This document shows positions 13,366-24,000 of a stretch of DNA of 64,000 nucleotides, in pieces (within the stretch, counting starts at the first letter, position 1; each line of letters starts with the position of its first letter). The position numbers were made by a program, and so were the translations under genes. Source of the DNA: Eledone cirrhosa (lineage: Eukaryota); contig OZ024743.1 of the NCBI GenBank assembly GCA_964016885.1, forward strand, positions 137,950,001 to 138,014,000. The letters are read 5' to 3'. Under the pieces are notes generated by a model. The model made no database searches and was not told the origin of the DNA. It saw only the letters and a list, made by a program, of their open reading frames with translations.

Positions 13366-13529
13366 GTTGTTTGGTGCTTGGTGCTTGGTGTTTGGTGCTT
13401 GGTGCTTGCTGTTTGGTGTTTGGTGTTTGGTGCTTGGTGCTTGGTGTTTGGTGTTTGGTGTTTGGTGCTTGGTGCTTGGTGTTTGCTGCTTGGTGTTTGG
13501 TGTTTGGTGCTTGGTGTTTGGCACTTGGT

Positions 13530-16500
13530 GCTTGGTGCTTGGTGTTAAGTGTTTGGTGCTTGGTGCTTGGTGTTTGGTGCTTCGTGCTTGGTGCTTGGTG
13601 TTTGGTGCATGGTGCTTGGTGTTTGGGGCTTGGTGCCTGGGGCTTTGTGTTTGGTGCTAGGTGCTTGGTGCTTGGTCTTTGGTGTTTGGTGCTTGGTGCT
13701 TGGTGCTTGGTGTTTGGTGCTTGATGCTTGGTGCTTGTTTATTAGTGTTTGGTGCTTGGTGCTTGGGGTTTGGTGTTTGGTGCTTGGTGCTTGGTGTTTG
13801 GTGTTTGCTGTATGGTGTTTGCTGTTTCGTGTTTGGTGTTTGCTGTTTGGTGTTTAATGCTTGGTGCTTGGTGCTTGGTGTTTGGTGCTTGGTGCTTGGT
13901 GCTTGGTGTTTGGCGTTTGCTCTTTGCTGTTTGGTGTTTGGTGCTTGCTGTTTGGTGTTTGGTGTTTGGTGTTTGGTGTTTGGTGCTTGCTGTTTGGTGC
14001 TTGGTGCTTGGTGTTTGGTGTTTGGTGTTTGGTGCTTGGTGCTTGGTGTTTGGTGGTTGGTGCTTGGTGCTGGGTGTTTGGTGCTAGGTGCTTGGTGCTT
14101 GGTGCTTGGTGCTTGGTCTTTGGTGCTTGGTGTTTGGTGCTTGGTGCTTGGTGCTTGGTGTTTGGTGCTTGGGGCTTGGTGTTTGGTGCTTGGTGATTGC
14201 TGCTTGGTGTTTGGTGTTTGGTGCTTGGTGCTTGGTGCTTGGTGATTAGTGTTTGGTGCTTGGTGCTTGGTGCCTTGTGCTTGGTGTTTGGTGCTTGTTG
14301 TTTGGTGCTTGGTGCTTGGTGATTAGTGTTTGGTGCTTGGTGCTTGGTGCCTGGTGCTTGGTGCTTGTTGTTTGGTGCTTGGTGCTTGGTGATTAGTGTT
14401 TGGTGCTTGGTGCTTGGGGCTTGGTGTTTGGTGCTTGGTGCTTGGTGCTTGCTGTTTGGTGGTTGCTGTTTGGTGCTTGGTGTTTGGTGCTTGGTGCTTG
14501 GTGCTTGGTTTTTGGTGCTTGGTGCTTGGTGCTTGGTGTTTGGTGCTTGGTGCTTGGTGCTTGTTGTTTGGTGCTTGGTGCTTGGTCTTTGGTGCTTGGT
14601 GTTTGTTGTTTGGTGCTTGTTGCTTGGTGTTTGGTGCTTGGTGCCTGGTGCTTGGTGTTTGGTGCTTGGTGCTTGGTGTTTGCTGATTGGTGCTTGGTGC
14701 TTGGTGCTTGGTGCTTAGTGCTTGGTGTTTGGTGTTTGGTGCTTGGTGTTTGGTGTTTGGTGTTTGATGCTTGGTTTTTGCTGCTTGGTGCTTGGTGCTT
14801 GGTGCTTGGTGTTCTGTATTTGGTGCTTGGTGCTTGGTGGCTGGTGCTTGGTGCTTGGTGCTTGTTGTTTGGTGCTTGGTGCTTGGTGATTAGTCTTTGG
14901 TGCTTGGTGTTTGGTGTTTGGTGTTTCGTGCTTGGTGTCTAGTGTTTGGTGTTTGGTGCTTGGTGCTTGGTGTTTGGTGTTTGGTGCTTGGTGTTTGGTG
15001 CTTGGTGCTTTGAGCTTGGTGTTTGGTGCTGGGTGTATGGTGTTTGGTGCTTGGTGCTTGGTGCTTGGTGTTTGGTGTTTGGTGCTTGGTACTTGGTGTT
15101 TGGTGTTTGATGCTTGGTGTTTGATGCTTGTTGCTTGGTGCTTGGTGTTTTGTGTTTGGTGTTTGGTGCTTGGTGTATGTACTTGGTGCTTGGTGCTTGG
15201 TGTTTGGTGCTTGGTTCTTGGTGTTTGGTGCTTGGTGCTTGGTGTTTGGTGCTTGGTGTTTGGTGTTTGGTGCTTGGTGTTTGGTACTTGGTGCTTGGTG
15301 CTTGGTGTTTGGTGCTTGGTTCTTGGTTTTTGGTGCTTGGTGCTTGGTGCTTGGTGTTTGGTGCTTGGTACTTGGTGTTTGGTGCTTGGTGTTAGGTGTT
15401 TGGTGCTTGGTGTTTGGTACTTGGTGCTTGGTGCTTGGTGTTAAGTGTTTGGTGCTTGGTGTTTGGTGCTTCGTGCTTGGTGCTTGGTGTTTGGTGCATG
15501 GTGCTTGGTGTTTGGGGCTTGGTGCCTGGTGCTTTCTGTTTGGTGCTAGGTGCTTGGTGCTTGGTCTTTGGTGTTTGGTGCTTGGTGCTTGGTGCTTGGT
15601 GTTTGGTGCTTGGTGCTTGGTGCTTGGTAATTAGTGTTTAGTGCTTGGTGCTTGGGGTTTGGTGTTTGGTGCTTGGTGCTTGGTGTTTGGTGTTTGCTGT
15701 ATGGTGTTTGCTGTTTCGTGTTTGGTGTTTGGTGTTTGGTGTTTAATGCTTGGTGCTTGGTGTTTGGTGTTTGGTGTTTGGTGCTTGGTGCTTGGTGTTT
15801 GGTGCTTGGTGCTTGGTGCTGGGTGTTTGGTGCTTGGTGCTTGGTGTTTGGTGCTTGGTGCTTCATGCTTGGTGCTTGGTGTTTGGTCCTTGGTGCTTGG
15901 TGCTCGGTCTTTGGTGCTTGGGGTTTGGTGTTTGGTGCTTGGTGCTTGGTGTTTGGTGCTTGGTGCTTGGTGCTTGGTGTTTGGTGTTTGGTGCTTGCTG
16001 CTTGGTGCTTGGTGTTTGGTGTTTGGTGTTTGGTGCTTGGTGCTTGATGTTTGGTGCTTGGTGTTTGGTGCTTGGTGTATGTACTTGGTGCTTGGTGCTT
16101 GGTGTTTGGTGCTTGGTTCTTGGTGTTTGGTGCTTGGTGCTTGGTGCTTGGTGTTTGGTGCTTGGTGCTTGGTGTTTGGTACTTAGTGCTTGGTGTTTGG
16201 TGTTTGGTGCTTGGTGTTTGGTGCTTGGTGCTTGGTGCTTGGTGTTAAGTGTTTGGTGCTTGGTGCTTCGTGTTTGGTGCTTGGTGCTTGGTGCTTGGTG
16301 CTTGGTGTTTGGTGCATGGTGCTTGATGTTTGGGGCTTGGTGCCTGGTGCTTGGTGTTTGGTGCTTGGTGCTTGGTGCTTGGTGTTTGGTGTTTGGTGCT
16401 TGGTGCTTGGTGTTTGGTGCTTGGTGTTTGGTGCTTGGTGTTCGGTGCTTGGTGCTTGGTGCTTGGTACTTGGTGTTAGGTTTTTGGTGCTTGGGGCTTG

Positions 16501-18208
16501 GTGTTTGGTGTTTGGTGCTTGGTGCTTGGTGTTTGGTGTTTGGTGCTTGGTGTTTGGTGTTTGGTGCTTTGTGCTTGGTGTTTGGTGCTGGGTGTATGGT
16601 GTTTGGAGCTTGGTGCTTGGTGCTTGGTGTTTGGTGTTTGGTGCTTGGTACTTGGTGTTTGGTGTTTGATGCTTGGTGTTTGATGCTTGTTGCTTGGTGC
16701 TTGGTGTTTTGTGTTTGGTGTTTGGTGCTTGGTGTATGTACTTGGTGCTTGGTGCTTGGTGTTTGGTGCTTGGTTCTTGGTGTTTGGTGCTTGGTGCTTG
16801 GTGCTTGGTGTTTGGTGCTTGGTGCTTGGTGTTTGGTGCTTGGTGTTTGGTGTCTGGTGCTTGGTGTTTGGTACTTGGTGCTTGGTGCTTGGTTTTAAGT
16901 GTTTAGTGCTTGGTGCTTGGTGTTTGGTGCCTCGTGCTTGGTGCTTGGTGTTTGGTGCATGGTGCTTGGTGTTTGGGGCTTGGTGCCTGGTGCTTTGTGT
17001 TTGGTGCTAGGTGCTTGGTGCTTGGTCTTTGGTGATTGGTGCTTGGTGCTTGGTGCTTGGTGTTTGGTGCTTGGTGCTTGGTGCTTGGTTATTAGTGTTT
17101 GGTGCTTGGTGCTTGGGGTTTGGTGTTTGGTGCTTGGTGCTTGGTGTTTGGTGTTTGCTGTATGGTGTTTGCTGTTTCGTGTTTGGTGTTTGCTGTTTGG
17201 TGTTTAATGCTTGGTGCTTGGTGCTTGGTGTTTGGTGGTTGGTGCTTGGTGCTTGGTGATTGGCGTTTGCTCTTTGCTGTTTGGTGTTTGGTGCTTGCTG
17301 TTTGGTGTTTGGTGTTTGGTGTTTGGTGTTTGGTGCTTGCTGTTTGGTGCTTGGTGCTTGGTGTTTGGTGTTTGGTGTTTGGTGCTTGGTGCTTGGTGTT
17401 TGGTGGTTGGTGCTTGGTGCTGGGTGTTTGGTGCTTGGTGCTTGGTGTTTGGTGCTTGGTGCTTGGTATTTGGTGTTTGGTGTTTGATGCTTGGTGTTTG
17501 ATGCTTGTTGCTTGGTGCTTGGTGTTTTGTGTTTGGTGTTTGGTGCTTGGTGTATGTACTTGGTGCTTGGTGCTTGGTGTTTGGTGCTTGGTTCTTGGTG
17601 TTTGGTGCTTGGTGCTTGGTATTTGGTGCTTGGTGTTTGGTGTTTGGTGCTTGGTGTTTGGTGTTTGGTGCTTGGTGCTTGGTGTTGTGCGTTTGCTCTT
17701 TGCTGTTTGGTGTTTGGTGCTTGGTGTTTGGTGCTTGGTGTTTGGTGCTTGGTGCTTGGTGTTTGGTACTTGGTGCTTGGTGATTAGTGTTTGGTGCATG
17801 GTGCTTGGTGTTTGTTGTTTGGTGCTTGGTGCTTGGTGTTTGGTGCTTGGTGCTTCCTGTTTGGTGTTTGGTGTTTGGTGCTTGGTGCTTGGTGTTTGGT
17901 GCTTGGTGTTTGGTTCTTGGTGTATGTACTTGGTGCTTGGTGCTTGGTGTTTGGTGCTTGGTTCTTGGTGTTTGGTGCTTGGTGTTTGGTGTTTGGTGCT
18001 TGGTGTTTGGTGCTTGGTGCTTGGTGCTTGGTGTTAAGTGTTTGGTGCATGGTGCTTGGTGTTTGGTGCTTCGTGCTTGGTGCTTGGTGTTTGGTGCGTG
18101 GTGCTTGATGTTTGGGGCTTGGTGCCTGGTGTTTGGTGTTTGGTGCTTGGTGCTTGGTGCTTGGTGTTTGGTGTTTGGTGCTTGGTGCTTGGTGTTTGGT
18201 GCTTGGTG
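13530..18208. repeat. Copy of ~5920-10601 (offset 7607 bp)
   Basis: ORF pairs 5942/13549, 6054/13661, 6719/14326, 7304/14911, 8143/15750 and 9485/17092 have near-identical translations. Confidence 0.92.
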
Positions 18209-20082
18209 TTTGGTGCTTGGTGTTCAGTGCTTGGTGCTTGGTGCTTGGTACTTGGTGTTAGGTTTTTGGTGCTTGGGGCTTGGTGTTTGGTGTTTGGTGC
18301 TTGGTGCTTGGTGTTTGGTGTTTGGTGCTTGGTGTTTGGTGCTTGGTGCTTTGTGCTTGGTGTTTGGTGCTGGGTGTATGGTGTTTGGTGCTTGGTGCTT
18401 GGTGCTTGGTGTTTGGTGTTTGGTGCTTGGTACTTGGTGTTTGGTGTTTGATGCTTGGTGTTTGATGCTTGTTGCTTGGTGCTTGGTGTTTTGTGTTTGG
18501 TGTTTTGTGCTTGGTGTTTGGTGCTTGGTGCTTGGTGTTTGGTGCTTGGTGTTTGGTGTTTGGTGTTTGGTGTTTGGTGCTTGGTGCTTGGTGTTTGGTG
18601 CTTGGTGCTTGGTGCTGGGTGTTTGGTGCTTGGTGCTTGGTGTTTGGTGCTTGGTGCTTGATGCTTGGTGCTTGGTGTTTGGTCCTTGGTCCTTGGTGCT
18701 TGGTCTTTGGTGCTTGGGGTTTGGTGTTTGGTGCTTGGTGCTTGGTGTTTGGTGCTTGGTGCTTGGTGCTTGGTGTTTGGTGTTTGGTGCTTGCTGCTTG
18801 GTGCTTGGTGTTTGGTGCTTGGTGCTTGGTGATTAGTGTTTGGTGCATGCTGCTTGGTGTTTGTTGTTTGGTGCTTGGTGCTTGGTGTTTGGTGCTTGGT
18901 GCTTGCTGTTTGGTGTTTGGTGTTTGGTGCTTGGTGCTTGGTGTTTGGTGTTTGGTGTTTGGTGTTTGGTGTTTGGTGCTTGGTGCTTGGTGTTTGGTGC
19001 TTGGTGTTTGGTGCTTGGTGTATGTACTTGGTGCTTGGTGCTTGGTGTTTGGTGCTTGGTTCTTGGTGTTTGGTGCTTGGTGCTTGGTGCTTGGTGTTTG
19101 GAGCTTGGTGCTTGGTGTTTGGTACTTGGTGCTTGGTGTTTGGTGTTTGGTGCTTGGTGTTTGGTGCTTGGTGCTTGGTGCTTGGTGTTAAGTGTTTGGT
19201 GCTTGGTGCTTCGTGTTTGGTGCTTCGTGCTTGGTGCTTGGTGTTTGGTGCATGGTGCTTGATGTTTGGGGCTAGGTGCCTGGTGCTTGGTGTTTGGTGC
19301 TTGGTGCTTGGTGCTTGGTGTTTGGTGTTTGGTGCTTGGTGCTTGGTGTTTGGTGCTTGGTGTTTGGTGCTTGGTGTTCGGTGCTTGGTGCTTGGTGCTT
19401 GGTACTTGGTGTTAGGTTTTTGGTGCTTGGGGCTTGGTGTTTGGTGTTTGGTGCTTGGTGCTTGGTGTTTGGTGTTTGGTGCTTGGTGTTTGGTGTTTGG
19501 TGCTTTGTGCTTGGTGTTTGGTGCTGGGTGTATGGTGTTTGGTGCTTGGTGCTTGGTGCTTGGTGTTTGGTGTTTGGTGCTTGGTACTTGGTGTTTGGTG
19601 TTTGATGCTTGGTGTTTGATGCTTGTTGCTTGGTGCTTGGTGTTTTGTGTTTGGTGTTTGGTGCTTGGTGTATGTACTTGGTGCTTGGTGCTTGGTGTTT
19701 GGTGCTTGGTTCTTGGTGTTTGGTGCTTGGTGCTTGGTGCTTGGTGTTTGGTGCTTGGTGCTTGGTGTTTGGTGCTTGGTGTTTGGTGTTTGGTGCTTGG
19801 TGTTTGGTACTTGGTGCTTGGTGCTTTGTTTTAAGTGTTTAGTGCTTGGTGCTTGGTGTTTGGTGCTTCGTGCTTGGTGCTTGGTGTTTGGTGCATGGTG
19901 CTTGGTGTTTGGGGCTTGGTGCCTGGTGCTTTGTGTTTGGTGCTAGGTGCTTGGTGCTTGGTCTTTGGTGCTTGGTGCTTGGTGCTTGGTGCTTGGTGTT
20001 TGGTGCTTGGTGCTTGGTGCTTGGTTATTAGTGCTTGGTGCTTGGTGTTTGGTGTTTAATGCTTGGTGCTTGGTGCTTGGTG
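16259..20082. repeat. Dispersed copy of 1-3824 (offset 16,258 bp)
   Basis: ORF pairs 1529/17787, 2000/18258, 2578/18836 and 3577/19835 share the offset. The match breaks at 3825 (G) vs 20083 (T). A handful of substitutions occur, e.g. near 17469, 17687, 18506 and 19274. Confidence 0.93.
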
Positions 20083-21099
20083 TTTGGTGCTTGGTGCTTG
20101 GTGCTTGGTGTTTGGCATTTGCTCTTTGCTGTTTGGTGTTTGGTGCTTGCTGTTTGGTGTTTGGTGTTTGGTGTTTGGTGTTTGGTGCTTGCTGTTTGGT
20201 GCTTGGTGCTTGGTGTTTGGTGTTTGGTGTTTGGTGCTTGGTGCTTGGTGTTTGGTGGTTGGTGCTTGGTGCTGGGTGTTTGGTGCTTGGTGCTTGGTGT
20301 TTGGTGCTTGGTGCTTGGTGCTTGGTGCTTGGTCTTTGGTGCTTGGTGTTTGGTGTTTGGTGCTTGGTGCTTGGTGTTTGGTGCTTGGGGCTTGGTGTTT
20401 GGTGCTTGGTGATTGCTGCTTGGTGTTTGGTGTTTGGTGCTTGGTGCTTGGTGCTTGGTGATTAGTGTTTGGTGCTTGGTGCTTGGTGCCTTGTGCTTGG
20501 TGCTTGGTGCTTGTTGTTTGGTGCTTGGAGCTTGGTGATTAGTGTTTGGTGCTTGGTGCTTGGTGCCTGGTGCTTGGTGCTTGTTGTTTGGTGCTTGGTG
20601 CTTGGTGATTAATGTTTGGTGCCTGGTGCTTGGTGCTTGCTGTTTGGTGGTTGCTGTTTGGTGCTTGGTGTTTGGTGCTTGGTGCTTGGTGCTGGGTGGT
20701 TGGTGTTTGGTGCTTGGTGCTTGGTGTTTGGTGCTTGGTGCTTGGTGCTTGTTGTTTGGTGCTTGGTGCTTGGTCTTTGGTGCTTGGTGTTTGGTGTGTG
20801 GTGCTTGGTGCTTGGTGCTTGGTTTTTGGTGCTTGGTGCTTGGTGCTTGGTGTTTGGTGCTTGGTGCTTGGTGCTTGTTGTTTGGTGTTTGGTGCTTGGT
20901 GCTTGGTGTTTGGTGCTTGGTGCCTGGTGCTTGGTGTTTGGTGCTTGGTGCTTGGTGTTTGCTGATTGGTGCTTGGTGCTTGGTGCTTAGTGCTTGGTGT
21001 TTGGTGTTTGGTGTTTGGTGTTTGGTGTTTCGTGCTTGGTGTCTAGTGTTTGGGTTTTGGTGTTTGGTGCTTTGTGCTTAGTGTTTGGTGTTTGGTGCT

Positions 21100-24000
21100 T
21101 GGTGCTTGGTGTATGTACTTGGTGCTTGGTGCTTGGTGTTTGGTGCTTGGTTCTTGGTGTTTGGTGCTTGGTGCTTGGTGCTTGGTGTTTGGTGCTTGGT
21201 GCTTGGTGTTTGGTACTTGGTGCTTGGTATTTGGTGTTTGGTGCTTGGTGTTTGGTGCTTGGTGCTTGGTGCTTGGTGTTAAGTGTTTGGTGCTTGGTGC
21301 TTGGTGTTTGGTGCTTCGTGCTTGGTGCTTGGTGTTTGGTGCTTGGTGCTTGGTGTTTGGTGCTTGGTGCTTGGTGTTTGGTACTTGGTGCTTGGTGTTT
21401 GGTGTTTGGTGCTTGGTGTTTGGTGCTTGGTGCTTGGTGCTTGGTGTTAAGTGTTTGGTGCTTGGTGCTTGGTGTTTGGTGCTTCGTGCTTGGTGTTTGG
21501 TGTTTGGTGCTAGGTGCTTGGTGCTTGGTGTTTGGTGCTTGGTGCTTGGTGTTTGGTGCTTGGTGCTTGGGGCTTGGTGTTTGGTGCTTGCTGCTTGGTG
21601 TTTGGTGCTTGGTGCTTGGTGCTTGGTGTTTGGTGTTTGGTGTTTGGTGCTTGGTGTTTGGTGCTTGGTGCTTGGTGCTGGGTGGTTGATGTTTGGTGCT
21701 TGTTGCTTGGTGTTTGGTGCTTGGTGCTTGGTGCTTATTGTTTGGTGCTTGGAGCTTGGTGCTTGGTGCTTGGCCTTTGGTGCTTGGTGTTTGCTGTTTG
21801 GTGTTTGGTGTTTGTGCTTGGTGCTTGGTGCTTGGTGTTTGGTGCTAGGTGCTTGACGCTTGGCGTTTGGTGCTTGGTGCTTGGTGCTTGGTGATTAGTG
21901 TTTGGTGCTTGGTGCTTGGGGTTTGGTGTTTGGTATTTGCTGTTTGGTGTTTGCTGTATGGTGTTTGCTGTTTTGTGTTTCGTGAAAGCTGTTTGGTGTT
22001 TGGTGCTTGGTGCTTGGTGCTTGGTGTTTCGTGCTTGGTGCTTGGTGCTTGGTGTTTGGCGTTTGCTGTTTGCTGTTTGGTGTTTGGTGTTTGCTGTTTG
22101 GTGTTTGCTGTTTGGTGTTTGGTGCTTGGTGCTTGGTGGCTGGTGTTTGGTGCTTGGTGTTTGGATTTTGGTGCTTGGTGCTTGGTGCCTGGTGTTTCGT
22201 GCTTGGTGCTTGGTGCTTGGTGTTTGGTGTTTGGTGCTTGGTGTTTGGTATTTGGTGCTTGGTGCTTGGTGCTTGGTGTTTGGTGCTTGGTGCTTGGTGC
22301 TTGGTGTTTGATGCTGCGTGCTTGGTGTTTGGTGTTTGGTGCTTGATGCTTGGTGTTTGTTGTTTGGAGCTTGGTGCCTGGTGCTTGTTGTTTGGTGCCT
22401 CGTGCTTGTTGTTTGGTGTTTGGTGCTTGGTGCTTGATGTTTGGTGGTTGGTGCTTGGTGCTTGGTGTTTGGTGCTTGGTGCTTGGTGTTTGGTGCTTGG
22501 TGCTTGGTGTTTGGTGCTTGGTGTTTGGTGCTTGGTGCTTGGTGCTTGGTGCTTGGTGTTAGGTGTTTGGTGCTTGGTGCTTGGTGTTTGATGTTTGGTC
22601 CTTGGTGCTTGGTGTTTGGTGTTTGGTGCTTCGTGCTTGGTGTTTGGTGTTTGGTTCTTGGTGCTTGGTGTTTGGTGCTTGCTGCTTGCTGCTTGGGTTT
22701 TGGTGTTTGGTTCTTGGTGCTTGGTGTTTGGTGCTTGCTGCTTGCTGCTTGGGTTTTGGTGCTTGGTGATTGGTGCTTGGTGTTTTGTGCTTGGTGCTAG
22801 GTGTTTGGTGTTTGGTGTTTGGTGCTTGGTTCTTGGTGCTTGGTGCTTGGTGCTTGGTGTTTGGTGCTGTGTGCTTGGTGTTTGGTGTCTGGAGTTTGGT
22901 GCTTGGTGCTTGGTGCCTGGTGTTTCGTGCTTGGTGCTTGGTGCTTGGTGTTTGGTGTTTGGTGCTTGGTGTTTGGTGTTTGGTACTTGGTGTTTGGTGC
23001 TTGGTGCCTGGTGCTTGGTGTTTGGTGCTTGGTGCTTGGTGTTTGGTGATTGGTGCTTGGTGTTTGGTGATTGGTGCTTGATGCTTGGTGCTTGGTGTTA
23101 GGTGTTTGGTGCTTGGTGCTTGGTGTTTGATGTTTGGTCCTTGGTGCTTGGTGTTTGGTGTTTGGTGCTTGGTGCTTGGTGTTTGGTGTTTGGTGCTTGC
23201 TGCTTGCTGCTTGGTGTTTGGTGCTTGGTGATTGGTGCTTGGTGTTTTGTGCTTGGTGCTTGGTGTTTGGTGTTTGGTGCTAGGGGCTTAGTGCTTGGTG
23301 CTTGGTGTTTGGTGCTTGGTGCTTGCTGTTTGGTGTTTGGTGCTTGGTGCGTGGGACTTAGTGTTTGGTGTTTGGTGCTTGGTGTTTGGTGCTTGGTGTT
23401 TGGGGCTTGGTGTTCGGTGCTTGGTGCTTGGTGCTTGGTGCTTGGTGCTTGGTCTTTGGTGCTTGGTGTTTGGTGTTTGGTGCTTGGTGCTTGGTGCTTG
23501 GTGTTTGGTGCTTGGTGCTTGGTGCTTGTTGTTTGGTGCTTGGTGCTTGGTCTTTGGTGCTTGGTGTTTGGTGTTTGGTGCTTGGTGCTTGGTGTTTGGT
23601 GCTTGGTGCTAGGTGTTTAGTGTTTGGTGCTTGGTGCTTGGTGTTTGGTGATTGGTGCTTGGTGCTTGGTGCTTAGTGCTTGGTGTTTGGTGTTTGGTGC
23701 TTGGTGTTTGGTGTTTGGTGTTTGATGCTTGGTTTTTGCTGCTTGGTGCTTGGTGCCTGGTGCTTGGTGCTTGGTGCTTGTTGTTTGGTGCTTGGTGCTT
23801 GGTTATTAGTCTTTGGTGCTTGGTGCTTGGTGTTTGGTGTTTCGTGCTTCGTGTCTAGTGTTTGGGTTTTGGTGTTTGGTGTTTGCTGTATGGTGTTTGC
23901 TGTTTCGTGTTTGGTGCTTCGTGCTTGGTGCTTGGTGTTTGGTGCATGGTGCTTGGTGTTTGAGGCTTGGTGCCTGGTGCTTTGTGTTTGGTGCTAGGTG

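Noticed and set aside
21279-21450. Nucleosome-related lengths (21 units = 147 bp; 168-bp duplication; 3 units = two helical turns)
   Set aside because: This is numerology from multiples of 7. Observed duplication lengths show no evident preference for these sizes.
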